NCBI GenBank assembly: GCA_024679065.1 | Contig: JAGIQG010000040.1 | Span: 682,001 to 746,000, forward strand | Source: Sphyrna mokarran | Lineage: Eukaryota | Length of the DNA stretch: 64,000 nt | Reading direction: 5' to 3' | Shown: positions 39,630 to 50,405 of the stretch, in pieces | How positions within the stretch are numbered: the first letter of the stretch is position 1 | How the letters are laid out: each line of letters begins with the position of its first letter | Notes under the pieces: generated by a model | Databases searched by the model: none | Seen by the model: the letters and a program-made list of their open reading frames with translations, nothing else | Told to the model about the DNA's origin: nothing | Made by a program: the position numbers and the translations under genes

Positions 39630-39692
39630 AGTTTGTGTCAAGCTCTCTATCACTGTGAGCGTATCACAGTACTTCACCCCAGGTCATAAACC
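39630..39692 (-). other. D3 segment (coding 39658-39664, ATACGCT) with 12/12 RSS
   Basis: Minus strand: GGTTTATGA-12-TACTGTG-[7 nt]-CACAGTG-12-ACACAAACT. Confidence 0.92.
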
Positions 39693-40000
39693 ACAGGTAT
39701 AAGATTCAGCCCAAAATAAAATGTTCCAGACAGGCAGCCAGAAGCTTTATTAACTCCTCAGTCTGTATCCATGTGTCCCCCACACATCGGGTATCAAACT
39801 CAGGGTCTTTCAGGACTTTACAGAAAGATAAGATGATCCACAAGGAGTTTTCATTGCTCTGCATCCCCTCGCTGTCACTCACTGTTCTTTCCCCTTTTCA
39901 ATAATATCTCCAAAGAAAATTGTTCACACACACACGGGCTATGAGATAAAGGTCGGTAATATCGCCTGAAAGCCCCAGTTTAAATAACTTTCCTGTGGCA

Positions 40001-40083
40001 GGTTTTTGAATGGAGGATTTCCCCATCTCTCTCACTGTGCCACCCCATATATAGACACTGTGATACACAGCCATACATTAACC
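40001..40083 (-). other. D2 segment (coding 40040-40055, TCTATATATGGGGTGG) with 5' 12-RSS and 3' 23-RSS
   Basis: Minus strand: GGTTAATGT-12-CACAGTG-[16 nt]-CACAGTG-23-TCAAAAACC; lies in a near-identical copy of the D1 block. Confidence 0.94.
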
Positions 40084-40708
40084 TCCACTCCTCTCACTGT
40101 CACTGAATCCAGTCCCTTCACACTGAATCCACACTGCGACAAGTGAGCAATCCTCTTCTCTGATTTACACTGACACTGGTTTGAGCTGTGATGTCTCAAT
40201 GGTTCTGTCCCTGGATCACCGGGTTTAATAATCCGGGGAATGTGTCAATGTTCAACCCCTCCATGGGAGTTTGGGAATTTTGCTTTAAAAAAACCTGGGA
40301 GAAAAGCAGGGATGGGTAAAAGTGACCGTGAGGCTGTTGGATTGTCACACAAAACCCAACTGGTTCAGTCCTGGACTTTAGGGAGGAAATCCACTCTGGT
40401 CTCTGGGTGACTCCAGTCCCACACTCAATGAGGTTGACTCTTACCTGCCCTCTGAAGGGGTCAGTGAGGCTCTCATTTACCATCACCTTCTCAGGGTAAA
40501 GAGGGACGGGGGACAAGTGTGAGAACGGACAGTGACTTCCTCATCCTCTCACTGTTACTGAGATTTCCTTCATTCCAATAATATCTCCAAAGAAAATTGT
40601 TCACACACACAGATTATTGAATCAGGATGTGATTTATATCCACGGGCTATGAGATAAAGGTCGGTAATATCGCCTGAAAGCCCCAGTTTAAATAACTTTC
40701 CTGTGGCA

Positions 40709-40790
40709 GGTTTTTGAATGGAGGATTTCCCCATCTCTCTCACTGTGCCATCCCTGTATCGACACTGTGATACACAGCTGTACATTAACC
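40709..40790 (-). other. D1 segment (coding 40748-40762, TCGATACAGGGATGG) with 5' 12-RSS and 3' 23-RSS
   Basis: Minus strand: GGTTAATGT-12-CACAGTG-[15 nt]-CACAGTG-23-TCAAAAACC; no stop in any frame. Confidence 0.94.
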
Positions 40791-41115
40791 TCCACTCCTC
40801 TCACTGTCACTGAATCCAGTCCCTTCACACTGAATCCACACTGCGACAAGTGAGCAATCCTCTTCTCTGATTTACACTGACACTGGTTTAAGCTGTGATG
40901 TCTCAGTGATCCAAGCTGGGGGAATTGAACCCGGATCCCTGGCGCTGTGAAGCAACAGTGCTAACCACAGTGTCACCGTGCCGTCCACATCTCCCATTTC
41001 CAGGGAGGGCAGATCCCAGCACAGCGAGGATGGGAATAAATCTGTACTGATAACTGAGGGTGAGCGATCATTCCTTCCCTTTTACTCCTTCCATTAATTG
41101 CAGATTGTGTCTCTG

Positions 41116-41154
41116 AGTTTTTGTCCCAATCCAGCCCTGCTTCCTCTCTCTGTG
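41116..41154 (-). other. VH recombination signal sequence, 23-bp spacer
   Basis: CACAGAG - 23 nt - ACAAAAACT immediately after the TGT GCA AGA codons. Confidence 0.95.
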
Positions 41155-41453
41155 TCTTGCACAGTAATACATGGCAGTGTCGTCTGTTTTTAGTTGACTA
41201 ATTTCAAGGTAGGCGAGTGTACTGGACCCACTTGAAGGGACAAATCGACCTTTAATTCCAGGCGCATAACTACTTGTACCACCAATCTTGTAATCAACTA
41301 ACCACTCCAGCCCTTTCCCAGGGACCTGTTTGATCCAGTTTATCCAATAGCTGCTGATATCAAACCCACTGACCGCACAGGAGAGTTTGACTGTCTCCCC
41401 CGGCTTTTTCACAACAGACCCGGGCTGGGTCAGCACGACATTGGACCGGACAC
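41155..41453 (-). CDS. IgW: IgW VH gene segment, unrearranged, open frame (GVRS-NVVLTQPGSVVKKPGETVKLSCAVSGFDISSYWINWIKQVPGKGLEWL...DTAMYYCAR)
   Basis: Acceptor ttaacAG at 41455-41454; canonical V-set Cys, WIKQ-PGKGLEW and YYCAR motifs; followed directly by an RSS. Confidence 0.97.
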
Positions 41454-41574
41454 CTGTTAATAAAAGAGAGAAAGAAGAGAGTTAACTTTAGTAAACCTCC
41501 CGTTAGATAAACAGATGATCAAAGAATCCCTGATTAATCAGACAGTGTGGGGATAAAACCCCAGCACCTCTCAC

Positions 41575-41623
41575 CTGTCAGACAGAACAGAAGGACACAG
41601 AGATAAGGAGCAGTCCCCATCAT
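41575..41623 (-). CDS. IgW: IgW heavy chain leader exon (MMGTAPYLCVLLFCLT-G)
   Basis: ATG at 41623; hydrophobic signal peptide; phase-1 donor G|GTGAGA at 41574; 121-nt intron to the V exon; resembles recalled IgW leaders (MG.A..LCVLL.CLTGV.S). Confidence 0.93.
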
Positions 41624-41699
41624 CCTGTGTATTCAGACACACACTGACAGACACTCCAGAAACCGGCTGCTTCACAGCCACTTTGTTTGGAGCAGGAGT

Positions 41700-41780
41700 C
41701 AGTGCTGTTTAAATAGGGAAGTGGAGTGAGGGTCCCACAGCACAAACTGCAGCTCCACCCACTTCCTGTCCCCGCCTCCA
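41700..41780 (-). promoter_or_regulatory. VH promoter: TATA-like TATTTAAA (41708-41715) and ETS-type ACAGGAAGT (41761-41769)
   Basis: Motifs about 85 and 140 nt upstream of the leader ATG; no ATGCAAAT octamer seen. Confidence 0.6.
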
Positions 41781-41934
41781 GCAGAGATTTCAATCCTCAA
41801 CAAGTTATTTACTGATCCAACAGGCGGCAATATTAAGATTCAAGATCCAGTCACACTTTCTACTATTTATTTCAAAGTTAAACAGTTTGAGGAGATCAGA
41901 TAACCTGTGAGACTGCAGTTATATATCTCTACCT

Positions 41935-43626
41935 GAGATAGGGATTGAGAGACAGTCAGTGTACAGATATCTCCCTGAGAGAGAGAGAGGGGACTGAGAG
42001 ACACCAGTCAGTGTACAGATATCTCCCTGAGAGAGAGAGAGGGGACTGAGAGACACCAGTCAGTGTACAGATATCTCCCTGAGAGAGAGAGAGAGAGGAC
42101 TGAGAGACACCAGTCAGTGTACAGATATCTCCCTGAGAGAGAGAGGGGACTGAGAGACACCAGTCAGTGTACAGATATCTCCCTGAGAGAGAGAGAGAGA
42201 GAGAGAGGGGACTGAGAGACACCAGTCAGTGTACAGATATCTCCCTGAGAGAGAGAGAGAGGGGACTGAGAGACACCAGTCAGTGTACAGATATCTCCCT
42301 GAGAGAGAAGAGGGGACTGAGAGACACCAGTCAGTGTACAGATATCTCCCTGAGAGAGAGAGGGGACTGAGAGACACCAGTCAGTGTACAGATATCTCCC
42401 TGAGAGAGAGAGAGGACTGAGAGACACCAGTCAGTGTACAGATATCTCCCTGAGAGAGAGGGGACTGAGAGACACCAGTCAGTGTACAGATATCTCCCTG
42501 AGAGAGAGAGAGGGGACTGAGAGACACCAGTCAGTGTACAGATATCTCCCTGAGAGAGAGAGAGAAGGGGACTGAGAGACACCAGTCAGTGTACAGATAT
42601 CTCCCTGAGAGAGAGAGAGGGGACTGAGAGACACCAGTCAGTGTACAGATATCTCCCTGAGAGAGAGAGAGGGAGGGCTGAGAGACACCAGTCAGTGTAC
42701 AGATATCTCCCTGAGAGAGAGAGGGGACTGAGAGACACCAGTCAGTGTACAGATATCTCCCTGAGAGAGAGAGAGGGGACTGAGAGACACCAGTCAGTGT
42801 ACAGATATCTCCCTGAGAGAGAGAGAGGGGACTGAGAGACACCAGTCAGTGTACAGATATCTCCCTGGGAGAGAGAGAGAGGACTGAGAGACACCATCAG
42901 TGTACAGATATCTCCCTGAGAGAGGGGACTGAGAGACACCAGTCAGTGTACAGATATCTCCCTGAGAGAGAGAGAGGGGACTGAGAGACACCAGTCAGTG
43001 TACAGATATCTCCCTGAGAGAGAGAGAGGGGACTGAGAGACACCAGTCAGTGTACAGATATCTCCCTGAGAGAGAGAGAGAGGGGACTGAGAGACAGCAG
43101 TCAGTGTACAGATATCTCCCTGAGAGAGAGAGAGGGGACTGAGAGACACCAGTCAGTGTACAGATATCTCCCTGAGAGAGAGAGAGGGGACTGAGAGACA
43201 CCAGTCAGTGTACAGATATCTCCCTGAGAGAGAGAGAGGGGACTGAGAGACACCAGTCAATGTACAGATATCTCCCTGAGAGAGAGAGAGGGGACTGAGA
43301 GACACCAGTCAGTGTACAGATATCTCCCTGAGAGAGAGAAGGGACTGAGAGACACCAGTCAGTGTACAGATATCTCCCTGAGAGAGAGAGGGGACTGAGA
43401 GACACCAGTCAGTGTACAGATATCTCCCTGAGAGAGAGAGAGGGGACAGAGACACCAGTCAGTGTACAGATATCTCCCTGAGAGAGAGAGAGGGGACAGA
43501 GACACCAGTCAGTGTACAGATATCTCCCTGAGAGAGAGAGGGGACTGAGAGACACCAGTCAGTGTACAGATATCTCCCTGAGAGAGAGAGGGGACTGAGA
43601 GACACCAGTGTACAGATATCTCCCTG
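41935..43626. repeat. Minisatellite, ~50-bp unit with variable (GA)n
   Basis: Tandem GAGACACCAGTCAGTGTACAGATATCTCCCT(GA)nGGGGACT, about 33 copies. Confidence 0.97.
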
Positions 43627-46305
43627 AATAAAGGTGTTACATTGGCAGTTTTTGAATCCTCTTGGACATTTCCAAATTTAAGGATTCTTGGAAGATTACT
43701 GCCAGTACATCCATTATCTCTGTAGCACTCTTATAGAATCATAGAGGTTTACAGTATGGAAACAGGCCCTTCGGCCTAACTTGTCCATGCTGTCCTTTTT
43801 GTTGAACCTCTAAGCTGGTCCCAATGAACCGCATTTGGCCCATAGCCCTCTATACCCTTTGTACCAGTGTAACTGTCGAAACGTTTTTTAAAAGACAAAA
43901 TTGTACCCGCCTCTACTACTACCTTTGGCAGCTTGTTTTAGACACTCACTACCCTTCTGTGTGAAAAAATTGCGTCTCTGGACACTTCTGTATCTCTCCC
44001 CTCTCACCTTAAACCTACACCCTCTAGTTTTAGACTCCCCTACCTTTGGGGGAAAAGATATTGACTATCTCGCTGATCTGTGCCCCTCATTATTTTATAG
44101 ACCTCTATAAGATCACCCCTCAGCCTCCTACACTCCAGAGAAAAAAGTCCCAGTCTATCCAGCCTCTCCTTATAACTCAATCCATCAAGTCCCGGTAGCA
44201 TCGTAGTAAATCTTTCCTGCACTCCTTCTAGTTTAAGAATATCCTTTCTATGATTGGGTGACCAGAATTTCCTGTAATATCTTGTGACGCAACCTAGGTC
44301 CAAGAAACCTATCAGCCTTTAGCTCCATTATTTTTCTTAGTACTTTGTCTCTAGTGATGGTTATTGTATTAATTTCCCATCTGTTTTGCTCCTTGAGTAT
44401 TTAGTATTTTTGAATTGTGAAGACTGATTGATTTAAAACATTTATTTAACTCTTCTGCCATTTTCTAGTTCCCCATTATTATTTCCCCAGTTTACTTTTA
44501 AAGGATCCATGCTCACTTTGGCCTCTTTCTTCCTTTTTATATATTTAAAGATGTTCTGTCTGTCTATTTTTATATTATTTGCTAGTTTATTCTGATAGTT
44601 TACCTTCTCCCTCTTCATTGTTTTTGGTCATCTTTTGTTGCCTTTTAAAACTTTCCCAATCCTCTGGTTACTGCTAATCTTTGCCACATTGTGTAGTTTT
44701 TTTTATTTCAGTTTAATACTATCCTTAACTTCCTTGGTTAACAATGGTTGACTTGTCTCCTCCCTGGAATCCGTCTTCCTCACTGGGATCTGGAAGGCAG
44801 TGTGCTGAGGCTGTGAGATTCCGGACAGGCAGGAAGGATTTGATGGGAGTGGCCCTTCTCACCACCAGCCCATAAATACAATCAATGCTGTCTTTACCAG
44901 CACCATCCACACCCTGAGAATGAATGAAAAGACAGAGATAGCTGGATGGAAGGTGGATTAGATACTTTCTTTCCCTGGATCTAGGCAATAAACGTGACAT
45001 TTGTCTGGGTATGGGGAAAGATTCCTTTCACCATCGCGTTCAGTCTGAGAGAGGCAGGTCTTTTACACAGAGTTTTCAGGAACAGAACACAGAAACCAAG
45101 AGAGGATTTGGGAAACAGAAGCTCCTCAGTCAGATGGGCAGCGAACTGATGCTAGAAACACAATTTTGCGCAACACACTTCAGGGAAGATGTGAATTGGG
45201 CGGCACTGTGACATTGTGGGTTAGAATTGCTGCTTCACAGTGCCAAGGACCCAAGTTTCATTCCCGCCTTGGGTCACTGTCCGTGTGGAGTTTGCGCGTT
45301 CTTCCCGTGTCTGCATGGGTTTCCTCCAGGTGCTCCGGTTTCCTCCCACATTCTGAAAGACGTGCTGGTTAGGTGCATTGACCCAAACAGGCACCAGACT
45401 GCGGTGATTAAGGGAATTTCACAGTAACTTCATTGCAGTGTTAATGTAAGCCTTACTTGTGACTAATAAACAACTAAAGTTTACTTTTTAACTTTACCTC
45501 AGAAAGGAGACAGAGGAGGATTTTACCAGGATGTTATCAGGGATGACAGACTTCAGTTATGAGGAAAAGCCTGAAATGTTCCGACTGTTGCCTTTGGAAA
45601 CTCCGGAATTCCCTCCTTAAACCTTCCCACCTCTCTCCCTCCTTTAAGATTCTCTTCCATCATAACCCTTTGACCGAGCATTTGACCATCTGCCCGAATA
45701 TCTCCTCATGTGGCTTGTGTTAAATTTTGTTTTATCATGCTCCAGTGAAGCATGTGGGATGTTTTACTGTGTTAAAGACGCTCCATAGATACAAGTTGTT
45801 GCTGTTGGAACAGAGAAGGTTAAGAGGATAACAGAATAGACCGTGTGTGGTTTTGATAGGATAGATAGAGACAAATTATTCCTCTGGTGAGTTGGTCAAT
45901 AACTTGATTTAAAAATCATTGACAAAGGGTGGAAAAGGGGGAATGAGGAGAATTGTTTTCACTCAGAGAGTTGTTGGACTCTGGAATAGTCTTGTGACAA
46001 GATGGAGGAAGCTGATCCGATTTTAAAAAGAAGTTAGACAGATCTCTGAGGAGGAAGAAGTTACAGACAAAAAGCAGGAGTGTGGAATGAAGCATGGCTG
46101 CTCTGTCAAAGAACCAGTACAGACACAGGGGGCTGAACGGCCTCCTTCTCTGCTGGAAGATTCTAGGATTCTAAGTTGAAACAAAGTTCACCTGTGCTCA
46201 CACTAACCTGCATCGACGGAGTTCATTTCACAAACTCAGTACCTGCCAGAGCAATTTACAGCCTTGAAGTGACTATTGTAATGTAACCAAGAGAGAAGAC
46301 AACGG

Positions 46306-46650
46306 CACACAGGAATGTCCCAAACACAGCAACGTCCCAAACACAGCAATGTCCCAAACACAGCAACGTCCCAAACACAGCAATGTCCCAAACACAGCAA
46401 CGTCCCAAACACAGCAACGTCCCAAACACAGCAATGTCCCAAACACAGCAATGTCCCAAAAACAGCAACGTCCCAAACACAGCAATGTCCCAAACACAGC
46501 AATGTCCCAAAAACAGCAACGTCCCAAACACAGCAATGTCCCAAACACAGCAACGTCCCAAACACAGCAACGTCCCAAACACAGCAATGTCCCAAACACA
46601 GCAATGCCCCAAACACAGCAATGTTGCAAAAACAGCAATGTTGCAAAAGC
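46306..46650. repeat. 17-bp minisatellite
   Basis: Tandem CCCAAACACAGCAA(C/T)GT, about 19 copies. Confidence 0.95.
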
Positions 46651-47725
46651 AAAGAACAGGTACAAACACACTGTCTCCCTACAACACCCACCCTACTTGA
46701 CCCCCCTTCCCTCCCCCACAACACCCACCCTACACCTGGCCCCAACACCCACCCAGCACATGTCACTGGGTTCTTACAGAACCGGTCCCCTGTCACACTT
46801 GAGATAAAACAGCGGAAAGGCCTTTTTAGATCGAGTCTTTATCAGCAACAAGCAGAACACACACTCAGAACCAAACTCAGCCCCATCAGCAATGATTGAT
46901 GAAAACCGCACTGGAAATGTTTCACTGTCTGGGCTGCTTCCACACGCAGCAAATTGTTCCTGAGCTGGCACTGTTATCCAGCCTTGAATATCCCCCTCCT
47001 GTGTTTGCCCTCCTGTTGCCTCCTTCACTGTTTCCCCCTCAAACCTCACTTAATTTACTATTGCCACATGTATTGGGATACAGTGAAAAGCATTATTTCT
47101 TGCGTGCTGTACAGACAAAGCATACCATTCACAGAGAAAAAAGGAAAGAGTGCAGAATGTAGTGTTACAGTCACAGCGAGGGGTGTAGAGAAAGATCAAC
47201 TTAACGCAAAAGCCTGACAGCTGCAGGGAAGAAGCTGTTTTTGAGTCGGTCGGTACATGACCTCACACTGCTGTATTTTTTCCCCAAAGGAGGAAGGTGG
47301 AAGAGAGAATATCTGGGGTACGTGGGGTCCTTAATTATGCTAGCTGCTTTGTCGAGGCAGCAGGAAGTGTCCATGGATGGGAGGCTGGTTTGTGTGATGC
47401 ATTGGACTAATCCACAACCTTTTGTAGTTCCTTGTGGTCTTGCGCAGAGCAGGAGCCCAGACCAAGCTGTGATACAACCATAAAGAACGCTTTCTATGGT
47501 GCATCTGTAAAAGTTGGTGAGAGTCGGAGCGGATATGCCAAATTTCCTTAAAGAGGAAAAAGAATCCAGACAGATTCCTGATGGCATGTGAGGATTGATG
47601 AATATTCAGGATAGTTTTTCCCAAGTGTATTTGGCAATTGGAAGACTTTCCTCGAAAGACTTTCTCAGGAGATTAAGTGCATTTAGAGTTCTCTTGATAG
47701 GGGAGAGTTTACAGAGTGCCTGGTA

Positions 47726-49890
47726 AGAGATTAAATGGGTGATAATCCTAGAACCCTGTAGAATATACATGGGCTGTGGAAGATTAAATGGGTGATAATC
47801 CCAGGACAGTGTAGATTGTACATGGGCTGTGGAAGGAGATTAAATGGTTAATAATTCCAGGACAGTGTAGATTGTACATGGGCTGTGGAAGGAGATTAAA
47901 TGGTTAATAATCCCAGGACAGTGTAGATTGTACATGGGCTGTGGAAGATTAAATGGGTGATAATCCCAGGACAGTGTAGATTGTACATGGGCTGTGGAAG
48001 AGGATTAAATGGTTAATAATCGCAGGACAGTGTAGATTGTACATGGGCTGTGGAAGGAGATTAAATGGTTAATAATCCCAGGACAGTGTAGATTGTACAT
48101 GGACTGTGGAAGGAGATTAAATGGTTAATAATCCCAGGACAGTGTAGATTGTACATGGACTGTGGAAGGAGATTAAATGGTTAATAATCCCAGGAGAGTG
48201 TAGATTGTACATGAGCTGTGGAAGGAGATTAAATGGTTAATAATCCCAGGACAGTGTAGATTGTACATGGACTGTGGAAGGAGATTAAATGGTTAATAAT
48301 CCCAGGACAGTGTAGATTGTACATGGGCTGTGGAAGGGGATTAAATGGTTAATAATCCCAGGACAGTGTAGATTGTACATGGACTGTGGAGGAGATAAAT
48401 GGTTAATAATCCAGGACAGTGTAGATTGTACATGAGCTGTGAAGATTAAATGGTTAATAATCCCAGGACAGTGTAGATTGTACATGGACTGTGGAAGGAG
48501 ATTAAATGGTTAATAATCCCAGGACAGTGTAGATTGTACATGGGTGTGGAAGGAGATTAAATGGTTAATAATCCCAGGACAGTGTAGATTGTACATGGGC
48601 TGTGGAAGGGGATTAAATGGTTAATAATCCCAGGACAGTGTAGATTGTACATGGGCTGTGGAAGGGGATTAAATGGTTAATAATCCCAGGACAGTGTAGA
48701 TTGTACATGGGCTGTGGAAGGAGATTAAATGGTTAATAATCCCAGGACAGTGTAGATTGTACATGGGCTGTGGAAGGGATTAAATGGTTAATAATCCCAG
48801 GACAGTGTAGATTGTACATGAGCTGTGGAAGGAGATTAAATGGTTAATAATCCCAGGACAGTGTAGATTGTACATGGGCTGTGGAAGGAGATTAAATGGT
48901 TAATAATCCCAGGACAGTGTAGATTGTACATGGGCTGTGGAAGGGGATTAAATGGTTAATAATCCCAGGACAGTGTAGATTGTACATGGGTGTGGAAGGG
49001 GATTAAATGGTTAATAATCCCAGGACAGTGTAGATTGTACATGAGCTGTGGAAGAGGATTAAATGGTTAATAATCCCAGGACAGTGTAGATTGTACATGG
49101 GCTGTGGAAGAGGATTAAATGGTTAATAATCCCAGGACAGTGTAGATTGTACATGGGCTGTGAAGGATTAAATGGTTAATAATCCCAGGACAGTGTAGAT
49201 TGTACATGGGCTGTGGAAGGAGATTAAATGGTTAATAATCCCAGGACAGTGTAGATTGTACATGGGCTGTGGAAGGGGATTAAATGGTTAATAATCCCAG
49301 GACAGTGTAGATTGTACATGGGCTGTGGAAGGGGATTAAATGGTTAATAATCCCAGGACAGTGTAGATTGTACATGGGCTGTGGAAGGAGATTAAATGGT
49401 TAATAATCCCAGGACAGTGTAGATTGTACATGGGCTGTGGAAGGGGATTAAATGGTTAATAATCCCAGGACAGTGTAGATTGTACATGGGCTGTGGAAGG
49501 GGATTAAATGGTTAATAATCCCAGGACAGTGTAGATTGTACATGGGCTGTGGAAGGAGATTAAATGGTTAATAATCCCAGGACAGTGTAGATTGTACATG
49601 GGCTGTGGAAGGGGATTAAATGGTTAATAATCCCAGGACAGTGTAGATTGTACATGGGTGTGGAAGGGGATTAAATGGTTAATAATCCCAGGACAGTGTA
49701 GATTGTACATGGGCTGTGGAAGGAGATTAAATGGTTAATAATCCCAGGACAGTGTAGATTGTACATGGGCTGTGGAAGGAGATTAAATGGTTAATAATCC
49801 CAGGACAGTGTAGATTGTACATGGGCTGTGGAAGGGGATTAAATGGTTAATAATCCCAGGACAGTGTAGATTGTACATGGGCTGTGGAAG
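47726..49890. repeat. 56-bp minisatellite
   Basis: Tandem GGAGATTAAATGGTTAATAATCCCAGGACAGTGTAGATTGTACATGGGCTGTGGAA, about 38 copies. Confidence 0.97.
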
Positions 49891-50214
49891 GAACCAGATT
49901 CATTGGTTGACTGGCATTTCTAGTTCAATGTTTCTGGGTCACAGCGTGAATTCCCTGTGTTTTTCATAGTTAATCATCACCTTCAATCTGAGGTCATCTC
50001 AATTTTCCTGATGATCCAAACCAATGTCTTTCTTTAAACCCTTTACCAAGTTCCTCAAGATATCAGCTGAAGAATCTCCAGTTTAGAGACAGTTTAATGC
50101 TGTTCCTGTATAGGGGACAGATTGTTCTCCACTCGAACAGGGAGATTGGGTTTTGAGCCTCTTTTACCTTCCCACATTCGGTCCTGTTGGCCTGGTCTCT
50201 TTTCAATAAATTTA

Positions 50215-50405
50215 AGAATTGTTTATTGGTGTGGTTCACGAAATCAGAACCATATTTCCATATGTAAAACACAGTGCTTATTCTTTTTAGTAACACTGCT
50301 CCCTCTGGGAGGCCCCCTGTTCAGTTTAAGTGATGCTGCTAACTCCTACAGGAAGGGTAAGCAGAAGGAAATAGACCTGAGGTTGTTGCCAAGTTTCACA
50401 CATCT
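50215..50405 (-). other. Putative 3'-terminal exon remnant of an unidentified gene, copy 1
   Basis: Acceptor ttggttttcAG|ATGTGTGA; AATAAA at 50222-50227; homologous to 58457-58645. Confidence 0.45.

Larger units (their letters stand above)
39897..40905. repeat. Direct duplication of the ~300-bp D block (39897-40198 and 40576-40905)
   Basis: Near-identical flanks around D2 and D1; the D2 copy lacks about 30 bp present in the D1 copy. Confidence 0.95.

Noticed and set aside
40960-40985. Extra CACAGTG heptamer between VH and D1 (possible fourth D)
   Set aside because: It lies in a SINE head and has no nonamer at 12- or 23-nt spacing.
19623-41623. Assignment as IgM, IgNAR or a germline-joined cluster
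   Set aside because: VH has a full FR2/CDR2 and CH1 has a light-chain Cys (not IgNAR); leader, Cys-rich tail and TM1 resemble IgW rather than IgM; all RSS are unrearranged.
41624-41935. Canonical Ig octamer in the VH promoter
   Set aside because: No ATGCAAAT or ATTTGCAT present, consistent with shark heavy-chain promoters.
41935-43626. CRISPR-like appearance (constant repeat with a variable part)
   Set aside because: The variable part is only (GA)n length; there are no unique spacers or cas genes, and the context is eukaryotic.
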